The notes below the pieces were generated by a model. That model was given only the letters and a program-made list of their open reading frames with translations, did not search any database and was not told where the DNA came from. A stretch of DNA of 24,000 bases, from NCBI RefSeq assembly GCF_018129025.1, contig NZ_JAAEDI010000014.1, forward strand, positions 94,521-118,520, in the 5' to 3' direction. Positions 11,558 to 17,427 of this stretch are shown one piece after another. The stretch's first letter is position 1. Each line of letters opens with the position of its first letter. Both the position numbers and the translations under genes were made by a program. The stretch comes from Neoroseomonas terrae. GTDB lineage: Bacteria > Pseudomonadota > Alphaproteobacteria > Acetobacterales > Acetobacteraceae.

Positions 11558-11673
11558 GCGCTGTAATCCCCTGCTGGAGTGCGACGTCCGTCCCGTGGTT
11601 GACTATAGAGATGCGGAAAATATCAGCAAGACGCTCTCATGCAGAAATAATAGGGTCGAAAAATAGGCAAAAC

Positions 11674-11688
11674 GACCATGAGATGGTC
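11674..11688. promoter_or_regulatory. Perfect palindrome GACCAT-N3-ATGGTC about 120 nt upstream of the minus-strand array; candidate operator
   Basis: Read directly from gaccatgagatggtc. It lies in the presumed promoter region of the SBP-led operon. No regulator gene is in the window, so this is a structural observation only. Confidence 0.2.
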
Positions 11689-12711
11689 ATGTCAACCGTG
11701 TGGTACCCACATCCAAGGGTTCCACGGCGCCAACGCTGGAATGTCTGGCCGTCGCATCCCGCCGTCGGTCTCGGGCAGACGCGAGATGCCTTCGCACTTG
11801 AAGCGGCGATGCGGTGCCGAACGCGTCCGGCGCGCGCGAATAGTGAACCGCGAGCGTAGAAGAGGCTGTCATCAAGCTGGGTTACGCTGCTGGCATCGAC
11901 GTCGCGCCAGCGGAGAGCGTAGATGCGCTCAACGGGCCAGAGTGGCGCATCGATTGGCGGGGCCATAGTGCGGGAGCGTTTTGCCGGCCTTGGTGCCGAC
12001 GCCACGCCGATAACGCCTGCGGGAATGGGCCGGCTTAAGTAGCCTGCCAATGGCTGAGCAATCCTTGTTAGGGACCCAGAAATTCCCTGTTCGGGTAGTA
12101 GGGTGTCCCGGCGGCAAGGCCCAAATTTCTTGGGTTTCGGGCGCGCAGCGACGATGGAATCCGGCGTTCTGCTCGAGTTTTCCCAGTATTTTCCCTGGTA
12201 GCCGGGAGTTCGGGCCCGAGGCGGGTTCGCCAATGACTAGCTCCGCCGCCAGTTCTCTTTGGCGTCCCGCTCTCCGCCTGCTGAGCTTTCACGCCGAGTG
12301 CAAGGTCTCTTGGAAGTTCCCGGGCGACCTGTTGACGGACCTACATCGTCACAACGGTTACAACCGCAAGAATGTGGCGACGGATACGGGCCGGAGGACG
12401 CTGGAGGTCCTGGCTATGCGCTGCTTCGGTCTTTTCCGCGCCGCGCGCACATCACGCTGACCAACCCGGCCCACCACATGCGCCGCCTGGTCTGGGTCGA
12501 AGGGAGAGGCGCGTCCGCGTGCAAGCCCAACCACCGGAAATACAGGCGGGGCGGTAATCGTCCCTGTCAGCGGTCGATAGACGGACGCCCGTCTCCTGCA
12601 GCGCCCCACTCGCCACTTTCACCGGCTTCCAATGGCGGGGATTGTTCGAGGTGTGCGTTCGCCGCGGTAGTGGATCAGACAAGACCTCACGGGATGATCC
12701 AGGTGTTCGTT

Positions 12712-12734
12712 GGCCTCCGTTGACTTAGGAGGCC
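12712..12734 (+). promoter_or_regulatory. Hairpin sequestering a Shine-Dalgarno sequence (anti-SD GGCCUCC / SD GGAGGCC, 9-nt loop)
   Basis: ggcctcc (12712-12718), gttgactta, ggaggcc (12728-12734): 7 perfect Watson-Crick pairs, 6 of them G:C. The 3' arm contains the GGAGG that sits 5 nt upstream of the ATG at 12738. No T-tract follows, so it is not a classical terminator. Confidence 0.4.
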
Positions 12735-12737
12735 GCA

Positions 12738-12863
12738 ATGCTAAGCACCACAATACCTACGCCGAATCGCATCATCCTGCTGGCCTGTCTGTGGCCGCGC
12801 ACCACACCGGAAGCCCGCCACAATGAATCACCTGACAATCAGAACGTTAAGCGTTTCTGGTAA
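12738..12863 (+). CDS. Small ORF, 41 aa (MLSTTIPTPNRIILLACLWPRTTPEARHNESPDNQNVKRFW), possible leader peptide or uORF of the MBOAT gene
   Basis: Below the ORF-track size cutoff and translated by hand. It has a canonical TAGGAGG-N5-ATG and a TAA stop at 12861-12863, 8 nt before the GTG start of the MBOAT gene. I recognise no homology, and the hydrophobic stretch IILLACLW is too short for a transmembrane helix. Confidence 0.3.
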   Translation: MLSTTIPTPNRIILLACLWPRTTPEARHNESPDNQNVKRFW

Positions 12864-12871
12864 GTAAAATC

Positions 12872-14293
12872 GTGGTTTTCTCGTCAGCGATATTTTTGTT
12901 TTTCTTTCTTCCTTTATTTTTTCTGTGTTATTTTACAGTAAAAATAGATAAAATCAGAAATTATATTATAATTGTTTTCTCCTTAATTTTCTATGGTTGG
13001 GGCGAACCGTGGTTCGTTCTGGTGCTTCTCTTATCGCTGGCGCTCAACTGGACGGCGGCGATCTATATAGATCGTGAAGAGCGACGGAATCGATTGATCG
13101 CCACGATCGTCGCCGTGGCACTGAATCTTCTCCTTCTGGCATCCTTTAAGTACGGGGATTTCATAGTTCAGAATATCAATGCAGTACTATTGCCCGTTCT
13201 CGGGGTTTCTATAAAGCAGCCAAATCTTCCCCTGCCATTGGGGATATCATTTTTCACGTTTCATTGCCTTTCTTATATCATTGATGTTTATCGGCGCCGC
13301 TTCCGCGCGAATAGGCGTCCTAGTGAAATCGCACTCTATATTGTTCTATTTCCGCAGCTCGTGGCGGGACCGATCGTGCGTTACAAAACAATCGCGCGGC
13401 AATTGCGCTCGCGCCGACATACACTTGGCCGAGCCTCGATCGGGGCGCGCATCTTCATTATCGGTCTAGCCCAAAAGATCCTTATCGCGGATCAGGTCGC
13501 AATCCTCGTAGAGACCGTCTTTGACCGCACCTCCGCGCCGTCGATGCTCGAGGCCTGGACAGGGTTGCTTGCCTATACGGTCCAGATTTATTTCGATTTC
13601 TGCGGCTACTCCAACATGGCGGTAGGCCTCGGATTCATCCTTGGCTTTAGTCTTCCGCGGAACTTCCGGCTTCCCTATACCGCGTTGTCCATCACCGATT
13701 TCTGGCGGCGCTGGCACATCTCCTTGTCGAGCTGGCTCAGGGACTACCTCTATATCCCGCTCGGCGGTAGCCGAGGCAGCTCTGCGCAACTCTACCGCAA
13801 TCTGATCCTCGTCTTCCTGCTTTGCGGGCTCTGGCACGGCGCCAACTGGACCTTCGTGCTCTGGGGCGCCTGGCATGGCGCCTTTTTGGTGATCGAACGG
13901 ATGGGCTTGAACCGCGTGCTGGGGAGGCTGCCGGTGGCGCTGCGCTGGGCCTACACAATCCTCGCCGTGATGGGTGGCTGGGTGCTGTTCCGCGCGCATG
14001 ACGTCGGCGGGGCTGCGGCGATGTATGCCGGGCTGCTGGGCTGGAACGGTATCGGCGCCATGCGCTTACAGGTCCATCTCGCGCTCGAGCCCGGCGTCAT
14101 GCTGGCGCTTGCAGCCGGATGGGCGTTCGCGACGATGCCGGCTTGGGGTCCTGCCCTGCGTCGATTGGCCGTCCCGGGCCTGGCTAGGCTTCGCGCCACA
14201 GTGGACACGGCCTGGACCTTTGGTCTGCTGATTCTCAGCCTGCTCTATGCTGCAGCCGGGACCTATAGCCCTTTTCTCTACTTCAGGTTCTGA
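12872..14293 (+). CDS. MBOAT-family membrane O-acyltransferase, AlgI-type (polysaccharide O-acetylation), 473 aa, GTG start
   Basis: The family-typical N-terminus MVFSSAIFLFFFLPL fixes the GTG at 12872 as the start. Motifs are FPQLVAGPIVRY, YFDFCGYSNMA, FWRRWHISLSSWLRDYLYIPLGG (catalytic His region) and CGLWHGANW. Confidence 0.9.
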   Translation: MVFSSAIFLFFFLPLFFLCYFTVKIDKIRNYIIIVFSLIFYGWGEPWFVLVLLLSLALNWTAAIYIDREERRNRLIATIVAVALNLLLLASFKYGDFIVQNINAVLLPVLGVSIKQPNLPLPLGISFFTFHCLSYIIDVYRRRFRANRRPSEIALYIVLFPQLVAGPIVRYKTIARQLRSRRHTLGRASIGARIFIIGLAQKILIADQVAILVETVFDRTSAPSMLEAWTGLLAYTVQIYFDFCGYSNMAVGLGFILGFSLPRNFRLPYTALSITDFWRRWHISLSSWLRDYLYIPLGGSRGSSAQLYRNLILVFLLCGLWHGANWTFVLWGAWHGAFLVIERMGLNRVLGRLPVALRWAYTILAVMGGWVLFRAHDVGGAAAMYAGLLGWNGIGAMRLQVHLALEPGVMLALAAGWAFATMPAWGPALRRLAVPGLARLRATVDTAWTFGLLILSLLYAAAGTYSPFLYFRF

Positions 14294-14298
14294 GGCCC

Positions 14299-15429
14299 AT
14301 GTTCTTCCGGTATCGCCGCGGATGGTTCCTCTGCCTGGTGGCCCTGCTCGCCGTGCCGCTGATTACCGGTGTGGTGTTCCCCAATACCATGCGCTCCCCC
14401 GATGAACTGCGCCCCCCTGCCGAAGCGCCCGCCATGCCGCGGGGCTGGCTCGAATGGATCACATTTCCAGCGCGGGTCGATCCCTGGCTGCGCGATAACT
14501 TCGGGCTTCGCCGCCACATGATCCATGCTCAGGCCTTGGTGGCGCACTGGCTGCTGGCCAGTGGCAATGACTCTGTGTTGATCGGCAAGCGCTGGCAGCT
14601 TTTCTATCGCGCAGAGGGAGCCGTTGAGCAGAGCGCCGGGCACCTGATCCGTGCGGATCAGGTGCGGCAGACGGCAGATCTCGTTCGCCAAGTCGATACG
14701 ATACTCGCCGCGCGCGGAATCGGGTTCATCTTCGGCGTCCCCCCGAACGGCAGCACGATCTATGACGACTTGCTGCCGCGCTGGGCTCGGCGCGGCGATC
14801 GGACAACTGAATACGACCTGCTGATGACGGAACTGCGCGAGCGCGGCGTCAGGACCCTCGACATGCGCCCTAGCCTTCGTGCCGCGCGGCAGGCCGGGCG
14901 CGTCTATTTTCGCTATGACACGCACTGGAACCCGGCGGGTTCGCTGGCCGGATACAACGCCGTAGTCGCCGCCATGGGACGCGAATCATGGCGGGTTGAT
15001 CGGCCTACGATCTTCGGGCCTACGACACGGCGCAGCGGCAGCGACCTCAGCCGTCTGCTCGGCCTGGGCGCCGATCTGTCCGAGCCCGTCCGCTACCTCA
15101 CGATCCCGATGCCTCAGGGCGAGACCTTGCCGGGTAACCCACCCTTTCCACCCCCCTTCGTCACCACATCCGATCGGGTCGAAGGGCCGACGATCATGAT
15201 CATCGGCGATTCCTTCTCCAACGTCGAAATTCTGATGCTGACCGCGCAGAATGCCCGGCGCGTCGTTTGGCTGCATCACGAGGGCTGTCACTTCGACTGG
15301 AAGTGGATCGACCAGTTCCAGCCCGACGAGATCTGGTGGCTGCCCGTCGAGCGGGCCATGCTCTGCTGGACCGACCGGCGCCCCAGGAACATGCCCGAGG
15401 CGCCCGCCGCGCCGCCTTCGCCCCGATAG
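14299..15429 (+). CDS. AlgJ/AlgX-like SGNH-type polysaccharide O-acetyltransferase partner, N-terminal membrane anchor, 376 aa
   Basis: The ATG is 5 nt after the MBOAT stop and preceded by GAGG. It has an N-terminal hydrophobic anchor (WFLCLVALLAVPLITGVVF). AlgJ/AlgX family motifs are IGKRWQLFY, VPPNGSTIYDDLLP and YFRYDTHWN (the D-x-H-W catalytic motif). Confidence 0.8.
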   Translation: MFFRYRRGWFLCLVALLAVPLITGVVFPNTMRSPDELRPPAEAPAMPRGWLEWITFPARVDPWLRDNFGLRRHMIHAQALVAHWLLASGNDSVLIGKRWQLFYRAEGAVEQSAGHLIRADQVRQTADLVRQVDTILAARGIGFIFGVPPNGSTIYDDLLPRWARRGDRTTEYDLLMTELRERGVRTLDMRPSLRAARQAGRVYFRYDTHWNPAGSLAGYNAVVAAMGRESWRVDRPTIFGPTTRRSGSDLSRLLGLGADLSEPVRYLTIPMPQGETLPGNPPFPPPFVTTSDRVEGPTIMIIGDSFSNVEILMLTAQNARRVVWLHHEGCHFDWKWIDQFQPDEIWWLPVERAMLCWTDRRPRNMPEAPAAPPSPR

Positions 15430-15432
15430 GAT

Positions 15433-15453
15433 CCGCCCCGGCGACCGGGGCGG
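15433..15453. terminator. Perfect 9-bp GC hairpin (CCGCCCCGG-CGA-CCGGGGCGG) in the 36-bp gap between convergent genes; candidate bidirectional terminator
   Basis: Read directly. It lies between the TAG at 15427-15429 (plus gene) and the stop at 15468..15466 (minus gene). There is no clear U-tract on either side, so termination efficiency is uncertain. Confidence 0.45.
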
Positions 15454-15465
15454 CCGGCACAAGGC

Positions 15466-17421
15466 CTATAGCGGCTTCCGCGCGATGAAGACGCTGTTCG
15501 CGCCGCCGAGATACATGAACTGCGCCGACCAGTAGAACAGGCCCTCCGCGTCGCTGAAGCCGACGGCGGACAGGTCTTCGATGATCTTCCACCCAAAATA
15601 CTGGAAGCACAGGCTGCCGCCCTCCGGATCAACCGGATTGCCGTGGAACTCGGGTTCCATCAGATGCTCGATGGAGCCGTCAGGGCGCAGCACCGCACGC
15701 ACCAGGTGGCTGTGAAGATCCTCGCGGAATGGTGCCGTGAAAAGCAGCGAACCTCCCGGCTTCAGGCAGCGCCAGAACTCCGCGAGAGCCTGCCGCGCAT
15801 CGGGAACATGTTCGAGCACATCGAAGCTCAGGATCAGGTCCAGGCCCGCATCGGGAAAGCTCAGCCGATGAACGTCCTCGTGACGCAGGCCGTCCACGAT
15901 CTCGCCCGGGGTGTGGCCCGGGCCCAGGTACTCGCTGCCAACGACGAAGGGAAAGCGCTGGCGCAGCCAGTCATGCAGCGGCGTGACCTGCTCGGTGATG
16001 TAGATGCGGTCGTGCTGCCGCGGCCGGAGTTCCTGCCAGAGGAGATGCAAAGAAGCCCGCAGCCGGTTGCCGAGGCCGCAGCCCGTGCAGGCCAGGTGCT
16101 CCCGCCAGTTCGGCAGGGTGCGCCCGTCCGGCAGTCGTCCGGTCGCGTAGTTGAAGTTGACCTGAAGCGGCCGCGTGCCGCCGCAGACGACGCACTGGCC
16201 TTCGACCGTGAACCCCGCCTCGCCGGACTCGTTTGGCACCAGGCTCGCCTCGAAGGCACGGCGTCGCGCCATCTTCGGCGCGAGGTCGGCCGCGAACGCC
16301 GACATCTCGCCCTGGGAACGTGCGCGCAGCACCGGCAGGTTGGGTGCCCGGGCCTCGATGGTGAGAGGCCGCGAGGACGCCGCGGCGCCTTTCACCGCGG
16401 TGAAGTCCTGCAGCGAACTCGGGCTGTGCTCGTTCTCCTGCCCGGCACCATTCCAGCGGAAGGCATAGGGGATGCGCCGGTAGTCCTCTCGCCCAAAGCG
16501 CCTTACTTCGGACCGATATTGCTCAAACAGCGTTCCGACGTCGCGCAGTGCCTCCGTGCGGAACTGCTGGCTGTGACGACTGAAGCTCGAATCCTCATCG
16601 ACCGCCGAACCGCTGAAATGGAAGAAGCGAAGCGGCGCGCCGTTGACCTTCCAGCCGCCGGCGCTTGGTTCCGCCGGCGCCCGAACCGTTCGCTGCGCAA
16701 GATTCCAATAAGCCACATTGTAGCCGGGATGGCGCAGGATGGCGGTGTGCTCGATGAAGGCCGGCAGCAGGTCCGCCCATTTCTGATCGACGAAGAATCC
16801 CGCTGCGAGATCGATGATGCAGTGCGTCTCGAGCCGGCGCGCCCACCATGCCGCAACACGGCGCACCGTAGCCGTATCGCGCAGCGCACAGAAACCGAGG
16901 TTGTAGATGCCGAACCGCAGCATCTTCGATTCATCCATCTCGGCATACTCCGCGGGCTCACAGAGATGCGGCGTCAGGACGCAATCCGCCCCGCCGTCTG
17001 ACAGCAGGGTGTGCAGTTCCTCCAGCGGCGACATGACCCATATATCCGGATCGAAATAGGCGACGGCCGCGCCGGGGTGCCGATCGAACAGCGTCAGAAA
17101 GGCGAAAGGTTTGATGGCGGTGTTGAGCTCCGTGATGTTGTATCGCTCGGTCATCTGAGCGAGCTGCGGGATTCCCAGATCACTCATGCGGAGGATGTCG
17201 AAGGGCAGGCCGTCGAAATCGACGCCAGTCGGCTCGTCGCACAGGGCGACGTAGAAGTGGACCCCCGGATGATGTCGTCTCAGGCTGTCATGCAACACCT
17301 GCGCCTGGGCCAGGAAGTTTCTCGAACAGATCGTGAAGGCGATGAAGGCTGGTGCAACTGCCGGCTCCATGTCGCTGCCATCTAAGCGGCCTGCTGGCTC
17401 TCTCATCATGAAGACATCCAT
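15466..17421 (-). CDS. Bifunctional putative glycosyltransferase (GT-A-like, DxD) / Cys4 zinc-ribbon / class-I SAM-dependent methyltransferase, up to 651 aa
   Basis: The N-terminal ~330 aa has FTICSRNFLAQAQVLHDSLRRHHPG, the DxD-like YFDPDIWV and FVDQKWADLLP..GYNVAYWNL. The Cys pairs CVVCGG and CTGCG lie at about nt 16075-16200. The C-terminus has the methyltransferase motifs LILSFDVLEHVPD and LKPGGSLLFTAPF. The start is uncertain among ATG 17421, 17409/17406 and 17370. It begins 6 nt after the upstream gene's stop. Confidence 0.8.
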   Translation of the reverse strand: MDVFMMREPAGRLDGSDMEPAVAPAFIAFTICSRNFLAQAQVLHDSLRRHHPGVHFYVALCDEPTGVDFDGLPFDILRMSDLGIPQLAQMTERYNITELNTAIKPFAFLTLFDRHPGAAVAYFDPDIWVMSPLEELHTLLSDGGADCVLTPHLCEPAEYAEMDESKMLRFGIYNLGFCALRDTATVRRVAAWWARRLETHCIIDLAAGFFVDQKWADLLPAFIEHTAILRHPGYNVAYWNLAQRTVRAPAEPSAGGWKVNGAPLRFFHFSGSAVDEDSSFSRHSQQFRTEALRDVGTLFEQYRSEVRRFGREDYRRIPYAFRWNGAGQENEHSPSSLQDFTAVKGAAASSRPLTIEARAPNLPVLRARSQGEMSAFAADLAPKMARRRAFEASLVPNESGEAGFTVEGQCVVCGGTRPLQVNFNYATGRLPDGRTLPNWREHLACTGCGLGNRLRASLHLLWQELRPRQHDRIYITEQVTPLHDWLRQRFPFVVGSEYLGPGHTPGEIVDGLRHEDVHRLSFPDAGLDLILSFDVLEHVPDARQALAEFWRCLKPGGSLLFTAPFREDLHSHLVRAVLRPDGSIEHLMEPEFHGNPVDPEGGSLCFQYFGWKIIEDLSAVGFSDAEGLFYWSAQFMYLGGANSVFIARKPL

Positions 17422-17427
17422 CTTCGA

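Noticed and set aside
11880-11960. Tyrosine-recombinase-like peptide ..ERIYALRWRDVDAS.. on the minus strand, considered as an integrase pseudogene feature.
   Set aside because: Only one short motif matches. No catalytic R..HxxR..Y region or N-terminal domain could be traced in any frame, even allowing frameshifts. It is mentioned only as a weak hint in the island-boundary finding.
11637-12723. ORFs in the spacer: 11637..12233- (198 aa), 12050..12460+ (136 aa), 12259..12723+ (154 aa) and the smaller ones.
   Set aside because: They have no recognisable domains, mutually overlap in different frames, have implausible composition and lack credible ribosome-binding sites. They are treated as non-coding or decayed DNA.
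12400-12737. A known riboswitch class, for example c-di-GMP-I/II, which often precede polysaccharide genes, upstream of the SD-sequestering hairpin.
   Set aside because: I found only local hairpins (for example AGACGG-ACGC-CCGTCT at 12579-12594) and none of the conserved cores I can recall for GEMM or other classes. An Rfam cmscan is needed, so no class is claimed.
12833-12870. Plus-strand promoter-like hexamers (CTGACA, TAAGTA, TAAAAT) just upstream of the MBOAT GTG.
   Set aside because: The spacings do not fit a sigma-70 -35/-10 pair, and TAAAAT would leave a 1-nt leader. They more likely reflect local AT-richness.
11558-12871. tRNA or tmRNA gene as an island integration target. GGTTCG-like strings near 12215-12235 and 12640-12660 were checked.
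   Set aside because: I could not build a T-arm (5-bp stem around a TTCRANY loop) or an acceptor stem around any candidate. A tRNAscan-SE or ARAGORN run would settle it.
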